Assembly: GCA_965644315.1 (NCBI GenBank)
Contig: CBFFRQ010000089.1
Location: forward strand, 558,001-622,000
Origin: Caecitellus pseudoparvulus
Lineage: Eukaryota > Protista > Bigyra: Bicosoecida
Direction of reading: 5' to 3'
DNA: 64,000 nucleotides
Shown: in pieces, positions 1 through 10,500 of the stretch
How the letters are laid out: each line of letters opens with the position of its first letter
Position numbering within the stretch: the stretch's first letter is position 1
The notes under the pieces: model-generated
What the model saw: only the letters and a program-made list of their open reading frames with translations
Databases searched by the model: none
Told to the model about the DNA's origin: nothing
Program-made: the position numbers and the translations under genes

Positions 1-112
1 CTGGAACACTGGTCTCCGCTGCTTGCACCTCAGCCCGCGCGCCTCCGCGCCGCTTGCGCTGCCCAGCACGCCCTGAGGCGGGTGCCTTCCTCGAACGAGT
101 CCTCACTGGCAT
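1..112 (-). CDS. Possible 5' end of a gene running off the left edge (basic N-terminus MPVRTRSRKAPASGRAGQRKRRGG...)
   Basis: ATG at 112-110, frame open to position 1, NLS-like basic peptide, divergent from COX6B. No homology recognisable in 37 codons. Confidence 0.3.
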   Translation of the reverse strand, partial: MPVRTRSRKAPASGRAGQRKRRGGARAEVQAAETSVP

Positions 113-669
113 GTTGTTGAGGCAGGTGCGAATCTTCACGGCCTCTGCGGCCACGCGAGTCCAACGAGCTCCACGTGCTATGCACCGCCACGGCACACGG
201 TACAGGCCAGGCGGTCCTGATCGCAGAGACACCGACAGCAAAGTCAGCTCTCGGCAGCCCTCGTGCTCCACCGTGCGCAGGTTGTTTAGTTTGTTTGAGA
301 AGTGCAGGCAGTCGTCAGATGCGCAGGGCCTCACAAGTGCTAGGGCACACCAAGTGGATTGCCACCCGCCGCAACCTTGCACAGCAAACAGCACTCGCCC
401 AAACTTGATCAGTCATGGGGTTCTCACAGAGTCCCATTCTCGCGCTCGGGATGGGGATCCTCACCCCACGATAGGCATGGCGGCCAGCCTGCTGCCACAC
501 ACCCGAGCGCCAACCATGGGGGGCGCTTCCAACAACAAGGAGTTGCTGGTGCAAAGCAACACCTACAAATTCCTATCTACCAGTGTTCACATTACCCCCT
601 GCATGCCCAAGGCATTCTGCAAGGCTGCGCACTTCAGTGCGGAACTTCGACTCCCCAACAGCATCAAGC

Positions 670-1522
670 ATGTCTGAGGCCAAGGTCGCCAGCCTGTCCA
701 TGGACACCGTGAAGGAGGTTGCTAGCAACATTGCCACTCAGATGGGCGTTGCTGACGCGCTCGAGGAGACCCCCGATGAGGTCCTGGCTCTGCTGGTGGC
801 TGCTGGCTCCGGCAAGTTCACACACGAAACCCGAGTGGACCGCCGCTTCCCCAACATGAACCAGGTGCGTGCTCCTTCGAAAGTGGTCACTTGCAGGGCT
901 ATGCACAAGTACTGGCCACCCCTTCCTCGCAGTACCACTCCTGCTGGTGAGACAGTGCCGCCTGCACATGTGCCGGCGTGATGTGGGTGCGGAATTGCCC
1001 AGCTCCTCATTACATCCGCCGCTTGCTCGCACCACAGGACCTCTGCCAACGAGTACCAGCTGTGCGTTAAGGCCACTGGTGACAAGACGAACCGACGCTG
1101 CCAGCAGCGGTACCGTGACACCCTCTCCACGTGCCCCGCCTACATGGTGAGTGAGCTCGCGTTCCCATGGCAGGCGGCAGGCCTGTCACACGAGCATCAC
1201 GCCTTGGCCGCGGGCAGGCGAGATCTGCATGCTCGCGCCATGCAGCACAGTCAACCTGCCATCTGGATCACTCGTGGTATACCTTACTCCTCTTTTCGCA
1301 GCTGGAGGGCTGGCAGGAGAACATCGACGAGGGTGCGTGCTGACCTGGCCTTGACTGTGCCTTGACTGCGCTCTGGCGCAGCAGCTGCACTCACACACCC
1401 CTTCCTTCCCGTCGGGCCGAGCAGGTGTCTACGTCGGCGTGAGCGACGAACCTCTGTACCCCGAGGAGGAGGAGGAGGAGGAGGAGGAGGAGGAGGAGGC
1501 CGAGGCTGAGGAGGAGGAGTGA
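670..1522 (+). CDS. COX6B: Cytochrome c oxidase subunit 6B (5 exons)
   Basis: Exons 670-864, 933-946, 1038-1146, 1302-1332, 1425-1522 joined by GT-AG introns give ...DRRFPNMNQ-YHSCW-TSANEYQLC...RRCQQRYRDTLSTCPAYM-LEGWQENIDEG. This is the COX6B RFPNxNQxxxCW / CX9C...CX10CP pattern, followed by an acidic tail. Confidence 0.9.
1463..1498 (+). repeat. (GAG)12 microsatellite encoding poly-Glu in the last COX6B exon
   Basis: Directly visible and in frame. Confidence 0.95.
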
Positions 1523-1546
1523 TCTGCCACAGCTGCCGTCAAGCTG

Positions 1547-1556
1547 CAATGCATTG
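1547..1556. terminator. Palindromic CAATGCATTG between convergent COX6B and Piezo; candidate bidirectional 3'-end signal
   Basis: AATGCA occurs on the sense strand just downstream of the stop codon in 12 genes of this window (see findings). Confidence 0.45.
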
Positions 1557-1591
1557 AACAGAAAGCCCGCTGCCTCGGGCAGCACAAACCC

Positions 1592-4500
1592 TTACTCCTC
1601 ATCTGGGTCTGCTGTAATTCGGAGCAGGATGGTGGGTGATCGCAGCAGCTTCAGAAGCACGTGAAATAGCCGGGCTTCGTCCCGCAGGTGCCCCGGGTAG
1701 CTCTCCGTGCGCGACACTGCTACGCCCTCCACCAGCTCTTGCAGCGCGTCACATTGAGGCATGTCTGAGTAAATGGCGTCTTCCACGCGTGGTGCCAGCG
1801 AAGTCCGCGCCATACGCCCCACAGTTAGCACGATGGTCAAGTACATGGCCAAGATGCCGCTGGCGCCCAGCGCCTGCGTGATGATCTGCGGAGGCAGCTC
1901 ATCAGATACGAGGGAAAACTGGAGCCCGAGACCCGAAACATCTGCCCCAGCACGAGGCGGCATGAGGCCTGAAGAGGGGTCCACGACTTGGCCATCCTCG
2001 TTGGTGACGGCCCACCACAAGCTGACGCCAAGGGCTGCAGGCTTCGGTTGAGCAGCCCGACATGCCGTTGGCATGCCGCCAGAGCCTGCAGCTACCTGCG
2101 CAGCGCAGACATTGCCGAGAGAGGGGTTAAGGCCAGCCCGGGGCGAGAGACTCGTGTCACGGAAGAGGCGCAGACCCAGGGTACGGTGGTTTGTAGAGAT
2201 AGGGAAAGGGTCCGAGGCACCAGGCAGGCGCAGCACCATCGGGTAGGTGTCCGAGATGAGGGTCATGTTGCTTTTGAACGGCACCTGCCATGCATATTCA
2301 GGTGCAGAGAAGGCCGCCTGCACTGTGTTCAGTAGCTCGCCACAGTGCTCCGCAGTCAGCTGTGTCGAGGAAGTGGACGTTGCCTCCGCGTTGTCCACCG
2401 GCGCGGGTCGCGTGAAGGTGTACTCGATCTGCAGCGTGGCATTAAGCGTCTGGTTGGAACAGCCAGACAACACCCCAAGCAGGTTTGACACAGTTGGGGG
2501 GTTAACTGTCCACTCAGAAGCCGAAAAGGGGTAAAGTGTCAGGAGTTGTGCGTCTTTGCGCTGAGCAGGGGTGACTGCGTTGCGGACACCAGCGCGGCTG
2601 TTGCTGTCCACGACCCTGGCCCAATAGCCCCCCAACGAGGAAGCCTTTTGCAGAAACTGCACTTGTGACGAAGAAAATAGGGTGTACGTATTGCCAGGCC
2701 CCTTCAAGCTCACCTGCACTGTCGCGCCTTCGACAAAGTTCTTCTGCAGGGTGGGGTTCAGTCCGCTGAAGAGCACCAGTGGGAGGAGGATGACGGAAGT
2801 CAGCGCAAGGAAGAGGACGACACCCGAACAGCACTTCTCGCAGCAGAATGCACGTGGCTCTTGACCGCGCACGTACTCTGAGTAGTGCTTGCGGTGAGCA
2901 GCCTTCGTTTGGTTTTCAAGCAGCAGCGTCTCAACATTGTGCAGTCGCAGCCACTGGAAGACATCCAGGCTGGTGCGGGTAGAAACCCAATCTAGGAGAG
3001 CACGCAACTCCAGGAGGAAAGGCACACTGAGAAAAATTGTGACAAAGATGTTGAAGGGGAAGACGTGCTTGTGTGCACGGGAGGCGTCGAAGATGCTGTT
3101 CTGTGGCGGATGGCGGCCGTACCCCCAGTAGATCTGCAGGCAGCCCAACAGGAAGTACGACAGCAGCAGCAGGTATGCGAAGAGGGACGCGGGGTTCCCT
3201 GACAGAGGCACATTCTTCGTGAGGGGGTCTGTGAAGAAAAAAACAACGTGCAGACTCAGGACGAGGGCAACCTGCAGGATGACCTTGATCATCAGGGATC
3301 GGAGAAGGAAGCCCAGCCGCTCCACCACCATCCACACGACGATGCCCAGCACAGCCACGACCATGGACGGGCTGAGCTGGTTGTAGGCTAGTTCTTGCGA
3401 AATTCCCCCGGCTCCCCCTGCATCCGAAATCTGGTTGAAAGCCACCATGACGAAGATCAAGGTAATGAACTGCACGATGAACGTCCACAGGTACAAATCC
3501 CGGCCGGGCTTGGGGGGGTCCAGTGCGTCTGGATCCAGAACAGCCGCAGCGTATCCTGTCAGGCAAGCCTTGCTCTCGCCCGCACACGAAGCACAGCAAG
3601 CACAACTGGCGTCATCCACTTCATCGTGACTGTGCTTCATAGTGGCTTGGTGCTGTTGCGCCTCGGGGGAGCAGCAAGCACAGCTGCAGCAACAGCAGTA
3701 CCCCGGAGATCCCGCTTCACCTGCTTGATGTTTGGTCTCTGCCCCAGGAAGCAGGGGTTCCTGCAAACTGGCTTTAGCGCTCTCACGCTCACTGGGATAC
3801 GTTTGGATGGCCAGTGCGGTGTCGGTCTCATCAGACTCGGCACCTGAGAAAAAGGAGCCCGTCGCGTCCCTGTCGTCCATGGAGTCTCCCGAAGAGTCAC
3901 TACTCGCTCCTCCAGCATCGCTGGCATTGTTTCCCTCGATATGAGCCGCTAGAATGTGCACGTGGGCTGCTGTGCCGAGCGTGCCCCGCTGCACCAGCCA
4001 CAGCCCCTTGATCTTCAGCACGGCCTTGTGCAGTAGCAGCGCTCCGATGAGAATGAAGTCCCACAGCACACCAGCGAAGAAGCCCGGACCGCCATACGCA
4101 GCCCCAAGTTTAGATACGCCCACAATATCGGTAGGCTGCACGAACTGCTGTGCAGACTTGAAGTCCGGCAGGCCGCTGCCTTCACATGAAGCGAAAGCAG
4201 CCCAGTGCCAGTAAAATCCAGAGCTCGTGGCATGGAGCTGAAGGCAAAACGCAGGAAGCTGCGCCACGAACTTGATCGCAAACACCAACAGCATGTAAAT
4301 GATCAAGATGTCCCATGCCAGTGCATGTGGGCGAGGATACTGCCATCCAATGCAAAGCAGGTATGCCAGCATCACGGAAACTGAGAGGGCACTGGCATAC
4401 ACGAGAGTGTTGATGCAGATGGCGAGGCCCACGATTGTGCCTGTGTTTGAGAGCACCCCGAGTATGGCTAGGTGCACGGCAAACATGCACTTCCACCGCA

Positions 4501-7500
4501 GCCGCAACGCAAGCATGTCCTCCATGCTGGTCGCTGTGTCCAAGCGCCAGTCAACCAAGCCAATCGCACGCAGGTTGTGTCTAAACCTGCCGATGGGACG
4601 AAGGAACAGAGTGCGGTCGACTGCAGGTCCAAGTCGACCCAATGCCCAATCCGCGACTGCCTCCAGCACCCAGTGCAGAAAGGTGTAAATGCTTGCAACG
4701 CTTGAGCCGGTGCCTGACAAGCACGAGTCACAGGCCACACAGCAACAAGCAGGGTCTGCGCTCTCGTCTTCTGGTTCCAAGCCTTCTTCACGCCGAGGCC
4801 AGTCCATGTCCACTACACAGCCCAGCGCACCACCGACAGTCGGTGAGGCTGCGACAGCCTCGCGGACAGTCATCTTCGGGGGCAGCGGGGTGGCATTCTG
4901 GAGAGTGAAGTCGCTTGCATCACGACGAGCGTCGCCCATGCGGCAGTCAGCTGGGTACTCTACCAAAGGATCCACACGCTGCTGCAACAAAGACAGCAAC
5001 TCGGCCTTGCTCGCCACTGTGAGACGCGTAGGGACAGCACGCGGGGCTGGGGTTTCAGCTCGCTTCGGGGATGTGCTCAGAGGTGACTGTTCAGACCATG
5101 AGCTGCTGTGCGAAGGGCTCACCCCGCCAAAGCTTCCCTGGGAGGCCCTGATCAGTCGTCGCCCTGAAGTGGAGCGACGAGAGAGCGGCACGTGGCCGGG
5201 TGGTCGAACTGGCAGCTCCCCAACGCTGTCAGCTCCCTCCCCGCTGCCTTGCGTGGAATCACGGCCAGCACCGTCAACGCCTTCGTCGCCCTCCCCCTGA
5301 ATCTCCACCGCCACAGCCGCCTGCCCCGCACCTTCCCAGGCACCTGGAAAGGCGTGTGTTGCGGATACGGTCACAGGGAACGCTTCCTCCGAAGACTCCT
5401 TGCTGGGCAAACAGAAGACAATGCTGTCACAAAACGCACCAGCGCCCGCGCTCGAACGCGCAACAACCTTGATCTCGTAAGCAAAGAGGGGTAGCATGCC
5501 TCGAAGTTCGACGAAGCCCGCCCCCGGTCGCGTCCATGGTGAGCGTTTAAAGTCTCCGAACAAGACTTTGCCTTGGCGCTCCACAGCTACACAGTATTTC
5601 AAGCGCTGGGCATCGTGCCCTCCCTCTTCGTCAGAGTCATAGCCAACGGGGGGCTTCCATGAAACGCGCACTTCAGTGGGTGATAAAAGCTCTACTCTCA
5701 CGTCGCGGGGCGGAGGGGGTGGCCACAGCGGGCGCCCATCCGGGTCCACTGCCACACCGACATCCTCCCCTGCAAGCATATTCTCCCACTTTGTCACACG
5801 AGCGACCAAATTACGAAGGCGCTCTTTGCGCTTTACTGCCACTCGTGCGGCCTTCTCCTTTGCGTGAGAACGCCATGAGACCTCCAGCAGCTCCTCCACT
5901 TCAGCACGGATGCCAGCCAACTTCACCTCACGCTCAACATGCGCCAGCACGCATTTGTACGCAGAGGAGTCAAAGACGAACGATTGCCACATTCCAAGTA
6001 CCATTACAATCAACGATGGCATCAGACCATTCGACCAATTGAACGGGCTGGGGCAGTGACGGTTGTCTGCTGTCGAGGCATGCATGGAGCCGAACGAAAT
6101 GCAATCCGCGGCGCCGGGCACTGAGACCACGCGCAGCTTTTGCAGACCAAGCATGATTTGCCAAGAGAAACAGGTGCCCCGCCCCACACAAGCATGGGGG
6201 GGCGGCTCAAAAATAGGCATCTGATACAGCACCTGGGCAAGGATGACCACGAAGTTGTACAGACGAAGCCACCTAAGGTACACATTACCGTGCTGCATAA
6301 GCTTAGAGGGTCGGTACAGAAACCAGAGGTTGAAGGCCAAGTACCCCGCATGAATGAGGTCTTGGTGCTCCTGCAAGGTAACAATGAGGAACAAGCATAG
6401 CAGCACTGCGTAAATGCTGTACCGAGCCACGAAGTACTGCGCCGCATCCCACGCGGAGGCCAAGCCATCAGATGAGTCAAGTTCAATGTCCGGACACTGG
6501 CCCGTCAGCTGCCTCAACGCCGCCCCGGCGTGCACTCTGTCCACGACTTCAGCCAAGACGTCCAATGGCAGCGGAGCCTTGAGGTCTGTGCCTTCATCTG
6601 AATCCACTCGAAGAAGGGGTAGATCTGCAGTTGGAGGTGGGGGGACCACTTCCTCGCCCCCTAGCCCTGTTGGTACCGCTGCAGCCTCGCCAGCGCTGCG
6701 AGGCAGGTCTGCTCCTCGTGGCAACACTTTTAGCAGCTCAGCTGCCAGCTTTTCGGCATACACTCGTGCTGTCAGCTGCTCCCGCACCACAGCAGTCCTC
6801 CACCTTCGAAGAACGATGAGCAGCAGCGTCGCACGGTAGCACTGCAGCCAGCCATCGGTATACCCTTGCGCTGAAGCTCTGCGTTGTGGTGAAAACTCTG
6901 TCACCCTCCTGCGGTATGTGGGGTACAAGTCGCTCAAGTGCCGGGACATCGCGCGGCGTTGAAACTCAGACTCCCCCACCCCACAGCATGCTCCACTTGA
7001 CGAGGACCAACGCCCGAGGAACGCTGCGTGCAGCTTCAGCCTTCGTTGTGAATGTACCCACTGCTTCTTTGTGAGGCTGGCAAAGAGCAGCACGGCGCAG
7101 TCTGCCAGCACGGTCCACCCGACCACCGCTGAGCCAGACCCGAAGTAGTACTCCCACTCTCCGCCACTCGACCAGGGCCAGGACTGCGACAGCCTGCCCT
7201 TGATCACACTGGGCCACGCTACAGCTCCCAGGTAGTGCATGGCGGTGATGGCACACGTAGTGAGCACCAAAGCATGCCACACCGCCGTTCGCAAGATGCG
7301 CAGCGGCCACCACGGAGCTTGGATGATGGCAAAGCAGACCATGTACACGAGCGAAAAAGCATCCAGGTGAAGCAAGGCAGCCAGCACCAGGGCGACACAG
7401 GTGGCACAGTGGAGAATGGAGGCTGAGTACAGGCGGAGCACTTTTGCAGTTCCCATGCAGCAGGTCACTTTCGCACGGGCGGCCAGGGCTCGCTCCTCCG

Positions 7501-10500
7501 CACTTTCGGCCGGCTGTTGCGCTACACCAGCTGTGCTGGAGCTGGCAAGGGCAGGCCTTCTGACAGGCATATGGGGCTGCTCATCTCCAGAATGCACCAT
7601 CTCCACTCCAGGCTCTGGCTGGGGAACTGCTGATGGTATGCCCTGCGCTTCAATGTCTGCAGCGATGCTCGCATCATCTTGGCGATGCAGCTGAGTTTCC
7701 ATGCCTCGTGGCGCCAATTTTTCAATGGCAGTGGGTCCCAGTTCCAGACGCATGACGATGCTACGGTGGCCCAAAGCTGCATGGCGATTCCCAGTGAACC
7801 TTAACGAATGGCCTTCCGTTGCTGGGGTCTGCACCGCAGCTGCCTGCAGCCCAGGGCTGCTTGCTGCGGGGGCTTCTTTGAGCAAGCCCCCCGCCACAGA
7901 GAGCCACTTGTGGCTAAGTCCAACAATGTTCTCAATTTGTATGGCCAAGCTCAAGCCGTTGGACTCTTGCCCGTCACTTTCAGCAGCTTCCCAGCGCAGC
8001 ACATCCGCTTCAAAGTCATGGGAAATGCGCTGGATCGCAGCTGCCAACAATAGCAGCAACGGCGGGCCCACCACACTTGACCACATGGAGTGCAAGAACG
8101 CCATGCCCGCTGCACTTTCCAAGTCGGTGGGAAACGGGGCGAGAGTTCCGTTCACATCAGCCCGCGGCAGTGAGGGGAGCCCTAGCGCGGCAGCCGTGGC
8201 CAGGTTTGCCGCAGGCACCACTCTCCCAGATCGCGCAAATGAAAACTGAAAGATGTACCTCACGGTGGCTCCCAACGCAGCCCATACAGCGAAAGGTGCC
8301 CAAACATCTCGATAGGGGCGCCTGGGCAAGTTTGCAGCTCTCATTTTCGTGACCAGCGCTTCCGCTTCAGCATACAAAGCTGCCTGGGCCTCAGATAGAC
8401 TGGAGTCAGAGGACGGCACCGTCGCCTCAACCTCTGCCTCGCTGACACCAGCGCGCCGCATGAGGCGCCGCTGGTCTGATCGCTGGCGTGATTCATAGTG
8501 CAACATCTGCAACCGTCCTTGCACCTCGGCGTGTGCCGCGCTTGCATCTTCCACAGCGGCCACATCAAGGACTGTGTGGGGGGACACTTCCTCCACAGAC
8601 ACCTGCAGGTCTCCGTGAACGCTTAGAGTGTGCTGGAAATGCACCAAGCGCGTTGTGATTGCGTCATGTCGGTGATGCCGGATGCCACACAGCACGGCAA
8701 GCGTGGGGCACGTGCGTTGACACCACCGGCAGCATACAGAGTCTCGACTGAGACAAGGCAGCCTCTCAAGGCAGTGCCATGTTGAACGATCTGTGCGGTA
8801 CACCATGGTCACAGTGCAGAACATGGCCATGAGCAGGCACACTGCCCCCCAGGCCGTTGGCTGCCAGGCGGCTGCGACAAAAGCAGCTGCGAGCGTGACC
8901 TTCCCGCTGTGGTAAAACATGGCCTTGAGAGTGTGTCGGTAGACAGCTGTGTACATGTACTGCGCTGCCAAGGCGAACGCAGAGCAGCAACTGTGGCAAC
9001 TCCTCGCGGAGCAGGCAGCATGATCGTCATCTTGAGATCCGCTGGAACTGCACGCATCAGAGGCATCCTCTGTCCTTGCAGTAGCCTCCTGGGCAACGCC
9101 ATGCATGTCTGCCAATCCGCGGGCCTGCTGTTGCCTCTGCCACTCGAAGCGCTTTGGGGATGCGCGCCTGGTTGACCTGGTGCTGGGCAGCACCCGACCA
9201 GAATCACCCTGCAGTGACAGCGGCGCCGGGTGCAAATCTGATGATGCCGCAGGAGTCAACTGCGCATCTGTGAGTGCCACATACTCCACCGATCTCTGGC
9301 GTGTCGGCGGACGAGGGCTGTGACTTCTAGTACAGCAACAACACAGCACACGGCAACACCGGGTAATGCACCGGTCCAGGTCATCTTCATTGGAGTTGAG
9401 AGCCTTGTCGATGGAGCGCAGTTGGACGAGCAGGAGAATGAGCATGGCGACATTGTCCAGGAAAGCAATGTACAGCGTTGATCCATCATACGTTGAGAAC
9501 CCAGCCTCCTGAACAGTCACCCATCCATTCTTGTAAATCTGATCCTCCACAAAGGACTTCACACCGGGAAACTGAAAGAGGTACTGCGCTGCAAAGATGA
9601 GTGCCTGAAGCAAAGCCAGCAGAGCCACACCTCCACGAAGACGCTGCAGTCGGTCGAAGGCTTCATCTTTGGACCCGGCGTTCCGGAGAGAGGTTCCTTG
9701 GGCAAGATGCACACCGAGCACAAGCAGGCCAAGAATCTGTGTCAGCACCGATGGAACGTCCACGGGGGGAAATGTGACCAGCAGCAGCATACCAATGAAT
9801 GCTGCGTAGAGCCCGTAGTGAAGCTGGATGCTGGCCAGGAACAAGAGCAGGTGACGGAGCCACGTCACCTTCTGCAGGAGGGAGGCCATGTGCTCTCTGT
9901 ACTCGTCTGACTGCTCAGCTTCATACTGTGCCAGCTGCACAGCTGACAGAGCCAGCAACAAGCAGTGACTTGCCACAGAGTTGTTCCACAGCGGTGGGGG
10001 TCCGTGGTTGCCAGGCACTGCCTTGTTTGCCAAGATCCACGACGGCAGTCGTGATGAACTTGGGCTGGCTTGAAACGCGACACAGTGCCACGTGAACGTC
10101 ACAAGCACAGCGAGGGCGGTGTACGCGACAAGTACGCGCCAATACCGGCGCCGGTACACTGGGGAGGCCAGCGCCACGACGAACATGAGCAAGTACACAG
10201 CGTGGATGATGTCAACCTGACCGAGAGTGAGCACGTACAGCACGACCAGGACCAGGACGTAGCTGCTCTCCCGGAGGAAAGTTAGGCCGAGTCTGAGCGC
10301 TCCCTTGCCCCAAATAAAGAAGGCGTGCAGCCACAGCGAACAGCCCTTTGCTGTGGTCAAGTCAGCTGAATAAAAACTGTCCTCTGACTCAGTTCGGGGG
10401 CGGCTAAGCGACTCAGTGCTCTGCAGGCCACCAGATGAAGAGGAAGCTTGGGACGCCGCAGACCGTGACTTCTGCCGCACCTGTGTGAGCTTGTAAAACA

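Noticed and set aside
54-677. 207-aa + strand ORF upstream of COX6B
   Set aside because: Non-ATG start, no motifs, and it spans a probable promoter region.
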